Below, in pieces: positions 1 to 9,474 of a DNA stretch of 64,000 bases (the first letter of the stretch is position 1; each line of letters opens with the position of its first letter). The position numbers and the translations under genes are program-made. The notes beneath the pieces were generated by a model, which did not search any database, had not been told where the DNA came from, and worked only from the letters and a program-made list of their open reading frames with translations. Origin of the DNA: Candidatus Latescibacterota bacterium (GTDB taxonomy: Bacteria; Latescibacterota; UBA2968; UBA8231); the NCBI GenBank assembly GCA_965208105.1, contig OZ242318.1, positions 2,848,001 through 2,912,000 on the forward strand, read 5' to 3'.

Positions 1-210
1 TTTGGCGTCGGCCACGTTGGGGGTGTAAACGTGCGCATCCGCGTCCGGGCCGACAATGGTTGTCACCTCGGCTAAATCGCCGGTGACCTGGCGTACCATA
101 TCGCCGAGGATGGAGAAGCTGGCGACGACCTTGATCTTGTCCTGGCCGGCCGCTGGGATTCCGGCCAGGACCAGGCCCGCTAGCAGCAGTGCGCTGAAGA
201 GTCTTTGCAT
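1..210 (-). CDS. Zn/Mn ABC transporter substrate-binding protein (AztC/ZnuA family), N-terminal part, runs off the window
   Basis: Manual translation MQRLFSALLLAGLVLAGIPAAGQDKIKVVASFSILGDMVRQVTG...IVGPDADAHVYTP shows a signal peptide and the cluster A-I SBP motif; follows ATPase and permease. Confidence 0.9.
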   Translation of the reverse strand, partial: MQRLFSALLLAGLVLAGIPAAGQDKIKVVASFSILGDMVRQVTGDLAEVTTIVGPDADAHVYTPNVADAK

Positions 211-223
211 GCGCTTCTTGCTC

Positions 224-1102
224 CTACATTGAGTTTTGATCGATGGTCAGGGGTTGGCGGCGGTACGGGTTGAGGCGCGCGCCGGCATGAAATCCCTGCG
301 GGGCGAAGATCAGGCTCAAGAAGAAAAAGACCGCCGCAACCAGCACGATTGCAGGACCTGAAGGCACGTCCTGCAAATAGAACGAAGTGATCAGCCCGAT
401 CCAGCAGCTCAGCAGCGCGAATATGAAGGTCACGACCACATAGCCGGTGATTGTCGAGACCCAGTAGCGTGCCGCCGTCGCTGGCAGGATCATCAACCCG
501 ACCGCCATCAGCGTGCCGAGCGCCTTGAAGGCCCCCAACAGATTGAGCACCACCAGAAACATGAACCAGTGAGCCACGATGCCCGGGTGCTTGGACTGGC
601 TCTCATGGAAGACTGGATCGATTGTATTGATGATAAGCGGCCTGAGGATCAGCGCGAAGCTCACCAATGTGACTGTGGCCGTCGTCCCGATCAGAATGAG
701 GCTTTCGTCGTCAATACCGAGGATAGAACCGAACAGGAAACTCTTCAGCGGCACCGCCGAGCCGGCGGCGGACAGGATGAAGATGCCGAGAGCAAGGGCG
801 ATCAGGTAGAGCGATGCCAGACTCGCATCCTCGCGGATGATTGTCATACGGGCGAGCAGGCTGGTCAGCGCGGCGACGGTGATCCCGGCGGTCAACCCGC
901 CAACGATCATGGATCCCACCGACAGACCGGCAATCACGAAAGCGATGACGATTCCCGGCACGATAGCGTGAGCCATCGCCTCGCCGGCGAGCGACAGGCG
1001 CCTGAGCACCAGGAATGCTCCGACCGGGGCGACGGAGAAACTCAGCACCGTCGTGGCGGTCAGTGCCCGGACCATGAACGCGTAGTCGAGCCACTCAAAC
1101 AT
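224..1102 (-). CDS. Metal ABC transporter permease (AztB/ZnuB, ABC-3 family)
   Basis: LRRLSLAGEAMAHAIVPG, FLFGSIL and PSGPAIV motifs; hydrophobic. Confidence 0.92.
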   Translation of the reverse strand: MFEWLDYAFMVRALTATTVLSFSVAPVGAFLVLRRLSLAGEAMAHAIVPGIVIAFVIAGLSVGSMIVGGLTAGITVAALTSLLARMTIIREDASLASLYLIALALGIFILSAAGSAVPLKSFLFGSILGIDDESLILIGTTATVTLVSFALILRPLIINTIDPVFHESQSKHPGIVAHWFMFLVVLNLLGAFKALGTLMAVGLMILPATAARYWVSTITGYVVVTFIFALLSCWIGLITSFYLQDVPSGPAIVLVAAVFFFLSLIFAPQGFHAGARLNPYRRQPLTIDQNSM

Positions 1103-1856
1103 CGTCTGCTTTCCATTGCGAGTACATGTCTTCGATCCAGGCGGCCTGACTTTGCGACAGGTACCGGTGAACGACTAGATTGTCGGGTGTAAGCGTATCT
1201 TTCGGGGCGCCGAAAAGCGCGCGGCCGTCTCCCAGGAGAAGCGCTGAGCTGCAATGTTGTAGAACGGTGGAAAGGTCGTGCAGAACGAGGATGATGGTGC
1301 GCCCTTCCGCGGCCCAGTGATCGATCAGCGTCAGCAGAGCCGCTTCCGTTGTCTGGTCGACGGCCGTAAACGGCTCATCCAACAGGATCAGCGGCGCATC
1401 CTGAACCATGGTCCGGGCAAATAGCGCCCGTTGCAGCTGACCCGCGGATAGTTTGTGCACGGGCATGTCGGCGATCTCGGCGGTGCCTGTGCGCTCGAGC
1501 GCGCACCCGATCCGGGCCCGGCACTCACTATCGATGCGGCCGAGAAACCCCAAGTTGGGCCAAGCACCCATTGCCGCCAGGTCGCGGACCCGGATGGGAA
1601 AGCGGCTGTCGAACTCGGTCCTCTGCCCCAGATAAGCAATTGTCGGTGGCCGCCCGATGGGCCAGTTGAGCGTGCCGGCAAGCGGCGGCAAGGCGCCCAA
1701 CAGTGTTTTGATCAGGGTCGATTTCCCCGATCCGTTGTGACCGACAACAGCAAGCACATCGCCGATGGCAAGGTTGAACGCGACGTCCTCAGCGACTGTC
1801 TCGGTCCCATAGCCGAGCGAGAGTCCAGTTGCCGAAAGGAGCATTGGATTCGCCAT
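1095..1856 (-). CDS. Metal ABC transporter ATPase (AztA/ZnuC)
   Basis: GHNGSGKST, LSAGQLQR, LLDEPF; overlaps the permease start. Confidence 0.92.
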   Translation of the reverse strand: MANPMLLSATGLSLGYGTETVAEDVAFNLAIGDVLAVVGHNGSGKSTLIKTLLGALPPLAGTLNWPIGRPPTIAYLGQRTEFDSRFPIRVRDLAAMGAWPNLGFLGRIDSECRARIGCALERTGTAEIADMPVHKLSAGQLQRALFARTMVQDAPLILLDEPFTAVDQTTEAALLTLIDHWAAEGRTIILVLHDLSTVLQHCSSALLLGDGRALFGAPKDTLTPDNLVVHRYLSQSQAAWIEDMYSQWKADDV

Positions 1857-1871
1857 CGGCCTCTGTCGGAC

Positions 1872-2009
1872 TCAGATGCCGAGGGTCGCGATGATGATGA
1901 CCCAGAGTCCCGCGCAGGCAACGCTGACTGCAATCAGATAATGGAGCGTACTGGCAACTGTAAGATCGAATCTCGCCAAGCTTTGAGTCAGTAAATCCAG
2001 CGAGCTCAT
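1872..2009 (-). CDS. 45-aa single-pass membrane protein heading the azt-like operon
   Basis: ATG after purine-rich RBS; C-terminal hydrophobic segment; lies between the operator and the ATPase. Confidence 0.5.
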   Translation of the reverse strand: MSSLDLLTQSLARFDLTVASTLHYLIAVSVACAGLWVIIIATLGI

Positions 2010-2131
2010 AATTCTCTCTTTCAGGGGTATGGCCACTGGGTCCCTGTTATGCATTCCGCCTTCGGCCTCAGGACACCAGGCTACTGCCCCCAGCAACCCT
2101 CTCCCCCATCGCTCAACCCGAATAAGACTTC

Positions 2132-2153
2132 TAATGATAATCTATTGTCATTA
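2132..2153. promoter_or_regulatory. Fur-family (Zur-like) operator A
   Basis: TAATGATAA-TCTA-TTGTCATTA, 9-4-9 palindrome with 1 mismatch, upstream of a zinc ABC operon. Confidence 0.7.
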
Positions 2154-2209
2154 AGCAGTCAACCTAACTCGGGCGGATAGGGTCCGGTCTCATGGGTTTG
2201 AACGCTGCC

Positions 2210-3286
2210 TCAATTGGAAAATGCCGCGTTCAGATTCTTCCGGTGCAGAATAAACCAAATCACAATGGGAGCGCCCAGAATCGAAGTCACGGCATTGAGC
2301 GGCAGCGCTATTTGACTGCCCGGCAAGCGGCCAATGAGGTCTGCAAACAAGGCCAGCGTTGCGCCCATGCACGTCACTGCAGGCATCAGCGCCCTGTGAT
2401 CAGAGGTGTGCAGCAGGCTCCGGCAAAGATGGGGAACAGCCAGGCCCAGAAAGGCGATGGGACCGCAGAACGCCGTTGTTGCCCCGGCCAACATCGAGGC
2501 GCTGATCAGGATATAGATGCGTACGCGTTTTACATTCAAGCCCATGCTTCGGGCGTAATCTTCGCCCAGCAACAGGGCATTGAGCGGCTTGATGCACAAA
2601 AAACCCACCAGAAGCCCCAGGGAGATCACAGACCCCAGAACGGGTATTTGTTTCCATGACACCCCTCCGAAACTGCCGAACGTCCATATGATGTAGGATT
2701 GAATCTGTTCGGGAATGCTGAAATAAATCAGAATGCTCACAAAAGCGCCCGTGGCATACCCGAACATCAGGCCCAGGATGAGCAGCGTCATGGCGCTTTG
2801 CACTTTTCGGGAAACCAGCAAAACGCAACCCAGCACCGTGCCCGCGCCCAGGCTGGCCGCTGCCGCAAGACTCAAATCGCCCAAAATTCCCAGCCCTACG
2901 ATGAGCGCGCCGCCCGCAGAACCCACCGCCAGCACCACGATGGCCACGCCCAGGCTCGCGCCTGCATTGATGCCCAGCACAAAGGGATCCGCCAGCGGGT
3001 TGCGAAACAGCGTCTGCATTTGCAACCCGCCGACGGAAAGCGCCGCACCCGCCAGTACCGCGGTGATGGTTCTTGGCAGGCGGATGGTGTGAACGATGGT
3101 GGGCCAGGCCGGGGTGGCGGTTTCTTTCCCCGTCAGGATCGCCAGGATATCCAGAAAGGGAATATGCACCGACCCCAGCGACAGGCTCAAAACAAAGGCT
3201 AAACACAGCAGTGGAAATAATCCCAGCATCATGATGGCCTGACGGGAGATTGCCGTTGGGGAGTTATGTGCTGTGATGACAGACAT
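2210..3286 (-). CDS. FecCD/BtuC-family ABC permease
   Basis: IRLPR, FRNPLADPFVLG, GPIAFLGLAVPH; start MSVITAH follows a GGAG RBS. Confidence 0.92.
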   Translation of the reverse strand: MSVITAHNSPTAISRQAIMMLGLFPLLCLAFVLSLSLGSVHIPFLDILAILTGKETATPAWPTIVHTIRLPRTITAVLAGAALSVGGLQMQTLFRNPLADPFVLGINAGASLGVAIVVLAVGSAGGALIVGLGILGDLSLAAAASLGAGTVLGCVLLVSRKVQSAMTLLILGLMFGYATGAFVSILIYFSIPEQIQSYIIWTFGSFGGVSWKQIPVLGSVISLGLLVGFLCIKPLNALLLGEDYARSMGLNVKRVRIYILISASMLAGATTAFCGPIAFLGLAVPHLCRSLLHTSDHRALMPAVTCMGATLALFADLIGRLPGSQIALPLNAVTSILGAPIVIWFILHRKNLNAAFSN

Positions 3287-3581
3287 CGGAATCCGTCTCC
3301 TGAAGAAAAGCACTATGTGCGCGATGCATGCCGCACATGCAATACTTTTCCAGATTGCCAGGCGCCTCTGCTCAATATCGAAAAAGCACAAATCCGGCGG
3401 CGAGAATGGCAAAACGAGACAAACCGGACAGGCAAAATTGCATGTTCCCCTCACATTGCCAGCACTTCCACCCTGCGGGTCTGGGGCATCTGCCATCCCA
3501 GGGCCAGCGCATCGCAAACCGCTTCCAGCGGATGTTCAGATCGCACCTCAATTTGCTGGTAGCACAAAACCAGGCATCGGA

Positions 3582-3700
3582 CCGTGCTGCTCGTATTGGC
3601 GCTTCCAGCAGTAGTACGCCTCACGGGAGATACCGAAATACCTACGGGTCTTGGAAACATTCCCAGTCTCCTTGGCGTGCTCCGGCACCCTAAGCTTTCG
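3582..3700 (-). pseudogene. Transposase N-terminal HTH remnant (IS481-like)
   Basis: RKLRVPEHAKETGNVSKTRRYFGISREAYYCWKRQYEQHG; no start codon or catalytic domain. Confidence 0.65.
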
Positions 3701-3708
3701 GCTAATGG

Positions 3709-4506
3709 TTACGCACTGCCCTGCGCCATCCATTCCTTGTTCCGGCGGATGCTCTCCTCTTGCGGAATAAGCGGGCAACTGGCACAATAATTCCCCTCCG
3801 GCATGAGATAGTACCGGCAGCAGGCGCTCCTGCGGTGGAAAACTTGCATACAGCCCTGATGCGATACGTCGTAAAACTGTGGACGCATCTGCTGGATCAC
3901 ATCATCGCCATCGAAAAAATGCTCTGCATCGGTCCATCCCGCATTTGGGGCATCCACATGTTGCATCACCTGTGCAAACTGGCTGCCCCAGGAAGACGTG
4001 ATCATGCCCCAGATTGCGCGAACGGAAAACCGCGACCATGCATGCAAAGCATCGACGACGGGCGTGGCCTGGTCCACCAGCGTTTGGCGCAAATACCGGC
4101 GAAGGTCATCCGTTTGGCGCTCGTTCGCACCGATTGCCCCTTCGGCCTGGTGCAGGGCCACGCGTTCGAACAGGCCGTTTTCGCCGAATTTGAGACTGAT
4201 ATTATCAAGCGACATATTGGGCACAGCCCGGCAGAGCAAAAAAGGCGCGATGGCCACCCCGGCAGACGAACCAAAACGCAACGCAAAAGAAGCAGCCAAT
4301 GACCGGCGGTCTTCGGCTTCTCGCCTCGCACCTAGTGCCTGAAGTAGGCTCCTGAAAGGAACGGCATCGGGAAAGAATAAATCCGATCCACGCAGCCACC
4401 CTCTTCCATTGGGCACCCCCAGAGCCACATCCCATTTAGGATGAAGGGTCTTGAGGTATGCATAGGCATTGGGAATAGATGAAACGGGTTGTATGGGAGC
4501 GTTCAA
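3709..4506 (-). CDS. FhuF-like ferric-siderophore reductase (2Fe-2S)
   Basis: C-terminal RRSACC-x10-CASCP motif. Confidence 0.85.
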   Translation of the reverse strand: MNAPIQPVSSIPNAYAYLKTLHPKWDVALGVPNGRGWLRGSDLFFPDAVPFRSLLQALGARREAEDRRSLAASFALRFGSSAGVAIAPFLLCRAVPNMSLDNISLKFGENGLFERVALHQAEGAIGANERQTDDLRRYLRQTLVDQATPVVDALHAWSRFSVRAIWGMITSSWGSQFAQVMQHVDAPNAGWTDAEHFFDGDDVIQQMRPQFYDVSHQGCMQVFHRRSACCRYYLMPEGNYCASCPLIPQEESIRRNKEWMAQGSA

Positions 4507-4537
4507 TGTAATCTCCTGATTGAGCAGAAAACGGGTA

Positions 4538-7500
4538 TTACCATGTTTTTCTGCGCTGTCTTAACCAGCCGAAAGCCACCAGGAGCGCACTGATGATGCC
4601 TATTGCGAAATATGTGGTTTTGTGCGTTGACAGATGATCGGCGACCGTGCGTACAACATCCGCCATTTCGTATCCCGTCATCGGCTCTGCAGGTGCAGGC
4701 GGCAGATCATAACGTGCCTGGCGTGCAATGTTGATCGCATCCTGATAGGGCTGCGCCAGTGCCTGAACACCTGGTGTTTTGTTGAGCAATTCGGTTACAA
4801 ACGTTTCAAGGGATGGGCTGTTGCAGATACCCGAATTACAAGCCGGGCCGTGATCAGAAACGGACTGCGCTAACTGCTGGGCAACATCCTGTAAAACCTC
4901 ATCGGTTGCCTGCCAGTAGCCTTTGTGCGCCGCTTCCAAAAGCGTGGCCATCATCGTCTGTTCGGCATAGGGGTTGTTCTCGGAAAAATAATCCTCTAAC
5001 CCCAGATCGTATTCGTCTTTCATGTAAACTTGATGAATGCGTTTCCAATCCTCGTCGGAAACCAGATCGGGTGACGTGACTTCCCACACCCACATGGTTT
5101 CTGTGAACTCGGTCATATACCGCGCGCCATCATAACCGTGATCCATCATGCCTCGAATCCATTTGGGATTGAAATAGCGAGATCGCAATTCGCGCGAATA
5201 AAAACGCTCCAACGTTTCGACGCGCTCCGATTGGGGATTGCGCAAATTGTGGATGTAAAGATCGATTTTGCGGTCCGTGGTGTTGCGCACGGCCATGTTC
5301 ATGCCGCCAAGATAGGCGGCGACCATGGGATGGTCGAGCACGCCATACACGTTTGATGTGCGTCCGAATGAAGCAATTTCAACGGTTTCAATGTTCTGGC
5401 GAAACAAATCCTGAACGTATTCTCCCACGGTATTTTCGCCATAAGCATGGCTCATGCGCGTCATATAGAGATCGGATATTTTGCCGTCGTCCTCCCAGGT
5501 ACCGCCTGCGTGTATGGCAAACTGAATGGAGGGGGAGTATGCGCCCACGTTTTCGGAAAACACGCGGATACTTGCAAGAGATTGGGCCGACTCGGGGGAT
5601 GGCCCAGCAGAGGCCAGTTTTTGATAGGCTGCTTCGGTGTGTATGCGTACGATGTTATCGGGTTCATCTAATTCCGAGACCAATTTGACGGCTTTGTGAA
5701 TCAGACGGATTTTGTCCATGAAATGGTCGCGGTACGTGCCGGACGTGGTGACGAAAACATCCACGCGGGGCCGCTTGAGTTCGTGCGGGGGAATCACTTC
5801 AATGTCCGCAACCCAGCCACGCTTATTCCACACCGGGCGCACGCCGAGCAAGTAAAAAACCTGCGCTTCCAGAATGCCTTTGTTCTTTGTGATTTCAGAG
5901 GACCAGAGCACATAACCCACCCGCCGTGGATACGCTCCGTGCTTTTCCACGTGCTGGTTGAGCATGTCATCGGCCAGGCGTCGGCCCACTTCCCAGGCTT
6001 CGCGGGTGGGCATGGATCGGTGGTCGAAGTGATAGGGATTTCGTCCCGAGGGCAGGGCGTCGGGGTTGCGAATGGCATCATCCATTTCCCCGGGTTCGAT
6101 GAACCGGCCTTCAAGAGCGGATAAAATGCGGGGCACTTCTTCCCGCGCCGCCTCAATGCGCGCTTTGTAATCCAGTGCGCGCTGCAAATAGATTTCGATA
6201 TCTTCCGATGCGGCTTTGAGCTGCGTGCGCTGAATATCCTGCGTGGTTTCACCGCTAAGCAGAAGATCTGTGAGAATGATTTTGGCCAGCGTATCGGGAG
6301 AAACGTCGGCCCTGTGTGCAACAAGCGCTTCGCGGAATTCACGTCCCAGCATTGAGCGCACCATGTCAACGAGAGGCCGTCCCTCTGGAGGCACGCCGAG
6401 GGTATGCGGTCCATAGGGGATATGCTCGCGGTTGATTTCTTCAAGGTAAGTGCGGGTGGCTGTGGCAAGCTGATCAAACGGCGCCCCTTGAATATCCAGT
6501 CCCAGGTCGCGTGCCAGATGGAGGCGTTCGCACTCCTGGCGAATGCCTGTTTCCAGTTCGGCGCGCACCGCCGGCGGCAGATTTTCCCCCAAGCGGGCGG
6601 TCTTGTTGCGCAACTCGTGCAGGTTTTCATACAGTTCGGATGCGACAATTGTGGGCATGAATCCAATGGTTAAGGCGCTGGCCCGGCGCTTGCTCCCAAT
6701 GCCCGCATTGCCCTGGAGGGGTGTGGGATAAATGTGGGGCATATTGCCGATGAGCCTGCCCACCCAGTCGGTTCTGGCCGGCCCTTCCATTTTGCCCGGC
6801 ATGAGTGAAAGCTGGGTGAACATGGTGAGCATGGCATGGGGATTGTACACCTGCTGGAGCCACTCGAAAAAGGCGAAATACTGGTGGTGCGGCGGCAACT
6901 GGTCTTTGGAATACAAAACGTCCTCATCCTGTTTATAACCCCAGTCGGGGTGCGGCACCAGCAGCACGTTTCCAAACTGAATTTTGGGAATTGAGATCAT
7001 GCGCTGGCCGTCGCGCGCCGTATGCACCATGATACTGCCCGGCGGCGCCCCCCAGTTGTCGATCATTTCTCTTTGCTTTTTCTCAGGAAGTTCTCCAAAC
7101 CAGTTCAGATAGGTGTTTTCGGGAATGGTGATGGCATGTCCCTGCCCCACGCGCTTGCCCATTTCACCGGGCGCCCAGTTGCCCACGTTGGAACCCTGTT
7201 CGGCCATCATCCGGCTCAGTGTTTCCACGTCGGGCAGCGGCTTTTCTCCCACGTTATATCCCGCTTCTTTCAGGGCCTTCAGAATGTTCACCAGGCTGGC
7301 CTGGACATTTAAATAGAAATCGGGATCGCTGCCGATATTCGCCTTGCCTGCACCCTCGCTGTAATAGGGAATGACGAGCCGCTTCTCGCGATTGGACATG
7401 CGCCGCAGTTGCGCCCAGGCCAGCGCGCGTTCCACACGCCAGTCGAGCTGGTCTGGCATAATTTGATTTTTCGGCTGGCCGGTTTCATCCGCAACGCGCC

Positions 7501-8524
7501 CGGATATGACGATGGGTTCAATGATACCGTCGGTTTCGCTGTAAACGGCCTGAGGGGTCATATCGGGCGATAGCCCGCCGATGTTGTCGCGCCACTGATC
7601 CGGCGTGCCGGGATAGAAATTGATACCCGATAAAATGGGCACATTGAGCGCATGGGCATGCTGTTGCCCTTTTCCGTAGTCGAACCAGTTGATTTTCGTG
7701 CCGCAAAAAATCAGCGCATCCACCAGGCTTTTCCCATCCTCGATGAGATACGGATCAAACAGAAAACCGCCTTTCCCCATCAAAGGAAAAACTCGGTGGC
7801 CCCGGAGCTCAACATTGCGAACCAGGGAATCGACATATGCGGTATTGCCTTTGATATAGTTATCCTGGTAGAAGACGATGCCGATGTTCAAAGGATTTTT
7901 AGAGGGGCGATGCCGCTTTTGTCTGGCCTGCTCGCGCCAGTCGCGATAGGCGCGATGGCTAACGAACAATTCCGGGGCATCAGGATGGTAAAAGGCATGT
8001 TCCGGATATGCGATGGGCGGCTGCGTCTCGATGGGCAGAGCCAGAAGGTTTGCTCCGAGGTAATGCATCAGCCGCCGCACGTTTTCCCGGCTGCTGTTGG
8101 TCCAGTACTGTTCCAGCCAAGGATGGTGGTCCAGAGATACATTTCCCTGTATGTACCGGGGCTTGACAACCACCACCTTTGTCGCTGTTTTGGCCGCGTC
8201 GAACTGGTCGATGTGAAACCCGAGTTTCGCACCAATGCCCTCGGCGAAAATCAGGTCATATCTCGTCAAGTCGATGCCTTCAAATGAGGGAAACGGCGGT
8301 TTCCCATGGCTGTAAATATCCACATCCATATAGGATTCGAGTTCCCTGGCCGCCTGTTCAAGCTCCCAGAAAGCATGCAGGCTGATGACGGCAACCGCTG
8401 ACTTTTTCCTTTTTTGCGCCACGTCTTCCGTAGCGGTTTGACAGGCGCTCAAAACCGCCAGGATCAGCAAAAGCAAAACACATCCGATCCTTTTTTTCAC
8501 GTCCTCATTCCTTTCACTGCACAT
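4538..8524 (-). CDS. CobN/Mg-chelatase H-like (HmuS/BtuS-type) protein, predicted lipoprotein with C-terminal TM anchor
   Basis: PPHHQY, PYGPHTLG, LPSGRN, RPRVDV, SGTYRD, RYFNPKWIRGMMDHGYDGA; lipobox LSAC; hydrophobic C-terminus. True start may be GTG near 8500. Confidence 0.9.
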   Translation of the reverse strand: MCSERNEDVKKRIGCVLLLLILAVLSACQTATEDVAQKRKKSAVAVISLHAFWELEQAARELESYMDVDIYSHGKPPFPSFEGIDLTRYDLIFAEGIGAKLGFHIDQFDAAKTATKVVVVKPRYIQGNVSLDHHPWLEQYWTNSSRENVRRLMHYLGANLLALPIETQPPIAYPEHAFYHPDAPELFVSHRAYRDWREQARQKRHRPSKNPLNIGIVFYQDNYIKGNTAYVDSLVRNVELRGHRVFPLMGKGGFLFDPYLIEDGKSLVDALIFCGTKINWFDYGKGQQHAHALNVPILSGINFYPGTPDQWRDNIGGLSPDMTPQAVYSETDGIIEPIVISGRVADETGQPKNQIMPDQLDWRVERALAWAQLRRMSNREKRLVIPYYSEGAGKANIGSDPDFYLNVQASLVNILKALKEAGYNVGEKPLPDVETLSRMMAEQGSNVGNWAPGEMGKRVGQGHAITIPENTYLNWFGELPEKKQREMIDNWGAPPGSIMVHTARDGQRMISIPKIQFGNVLLVPHPDWGYKQDEDVLYSKDQLPPHHQYFAFFEWLQQVYNPHAMLTMFTQLSLMPGKMEGPARTDWVGRLIGNMPHIYPTPLQGNAGIGSKRRASALTIGFMPTIVASELYENLHELRNKTARLGENLPPAVRAELETGIRQECERLHLARDLGLDIQGAPFDQLATATRTYLEEINREHIPYGPHTLGVPPEGRPLVDMVRSMLGREFREALVAHRADVSPDTLAKIILTDLLLSGETTQDIQRTQLKAASEDIEIYLQRALDYKARIEAAREEVPRILSALEGRFIEPGEMDDAIRNPDALPSGRNPYHFDHRSMPTREAWEVGRRLADDMLNQHVEKHGAYPRRVGYVLWSSEITKNKGILEAQVFYLLGVRPVWNKRGWVADIEVIPPHELKRPRVDVFVTTSGTYRDHFMDKIRLIHKAVKLVSELDEPDNIVRIHTEAAYQKLASAGPSPESAQSLASIRVFSENVGAYSPSIQFAIHAGGTWEDDGKISDLYMTRMSHAYGENTVGEYVQDLFRQNIETVEIASFGRTSNVYGVLDHPMVAAYLGGMNMAVRNTTDRKIDLYIHNLRNPQSERVETLERFYSRELRSRYFNPKWIRGMMDHGYDGARYMTEFTETMWVWEVTSPDLVSDEDWKRIHQVYMKDEYDLGLEDYFSENNPYAEQTMMATLLEAAHKGYWQATDEVLQDVAQQLAQSVSDHGPACNSGICNSPSLETFVTELLNKTPGVQALAQPYQDAINIARQARYDLPPAPAEPMTGYEMADVVRTVADHLSTHKTTYFAIGIISALLVAFGWLRQRRKTW

Positions 8525-8530
8525 GGAGAG

Positions 8531-8875
8531 CTACTCTTTTTCGGGCACGTAAATCACACGTCCATCTTCGAGTTGATAGGCAATGCCCAGCCGGGTGCCG
8601 TTCCCGGACAGGGAATTCCCCGTTACCTTCCGGACTTTGATTTCGCGGTCTTTGCGCGGAATGACCTCGGTTTCACCCTGTGGCGTGGTTCGCACCAGGG
8701 TCCATTCCGCATCTGGGCGCAACAGCTCGTGCATGGGCAACAGCGCAAAAAGCGCCATGATGACGGCGACCACGAAGGCCATGCTGACATCGAATAAATT
8801 GGTTACGCCGGCCATCGGATCATGGCTGTTCTGACGCAACGCCTCCGAATGGTTGATTTTGTTCACAAAACGCAT
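8531..8875 (-). CDS. DUF2149 family protein (HmuV-like)
   Basis: DPMAGVTNLFDVSMAF...GTRLGIAYQLEDGRVIYVPE signature; between ExbB-like and CobN-like genes. Confidence 0.9.
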   Translation of the reverse strand: MRFVNKINHSEALRQNSHDPMAGVTNLFDVSMAFVVAVIMALFALLPMHELLRPDAEWTLVRTTPQGETEVIPRKDREIKVRKVTGNSLSGNGTRLGIAYQLEDGRVIYVPEKE

Positions 8876-8887
8876 GATGCCTCCCTC

Positions 8888-9451
8888 TCAAAAGACCTGT
8901 TCCGGGATAGATCTCACCTGGTCATTCCGCCTTTCAACGTGAAAGGCAAGGGCCTGAATATCTTCCCGAACCCACTTTTCCTTGACCAGCGCCAGCACAT
9001 AGGCCACCGTGCCGACCGCCAAACCGAGTACTGTCGTGGAAAAGGCGGTGACCATATTTCCAGACAGCGCGGGCAGATCGCCCTGCGACAATCCCTGAAG
9101 CGCGCCCGCCATGGGAATCAGGGTGCCGATCAGTCCGAGGGAAGGCCCCACGCGAATGGCGAACCGGACGCTATCCAGGGCGCGTGTGCTTTGCTGGTCA
9201 GCATCGTGAATTACTTCCTCCAGGTCGATTTCCAGGTGTGCGCCTGATTGGGCTTCGATCAGGGCATCGCATTGGGCCGTATATTTGGCACGCACATGAA
9301 ATCGCTTCTTGCGGCGTTGCAGACTTTCGCGAGCAAATTCACCCAGGCAGACCAACATCCAGCACGCGAGAAGCAACAGGGCGATTATGACCGGATAAAA
9401 CAGCAGGGAAGAGAGCATGTAAATAACCTGGGTGATTTGCAGGATTTCCAT
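8888..9451 (-). CDS. MotA/TolQ/ExbB proton channel family protein (HmuU-like)
   Basis: GPSLGLIGTLIPM...AFSTTVLGL. Confidence 0.9.
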   Translation of the reverse strand: MEILQITQVIYMLSSLLFYPVIIALLLLACWMLVCLGEFARESLQRRKKRFHVRAKYTAQCDALIEAQSGAHLEIDLEEVIHDADQQSTRALDSVRFAIRVGPSLGLIGTLIPMAGALQGLSQGDLPALSGNMVTAFSTTVLGLAVGTVAYVLALVKEKWVREDIQALAFHVERRNDQVRSIPEQVF

Positions 9452-9474
9452 GAACGCCTCGGTCCTTATGGGAA

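Noticed and set aside
3451-3580. Possible C-terminal fragment of another gene (LVLCYQQIEVRSEHPLEAVCDALALGWQ...)
   Set aside because: No family recognised
4538-8524. Calling this cobN for B12 synthesis
   Set aside because: Exported and membrane-anchored, no cobST/chlID, catalytic motif absent
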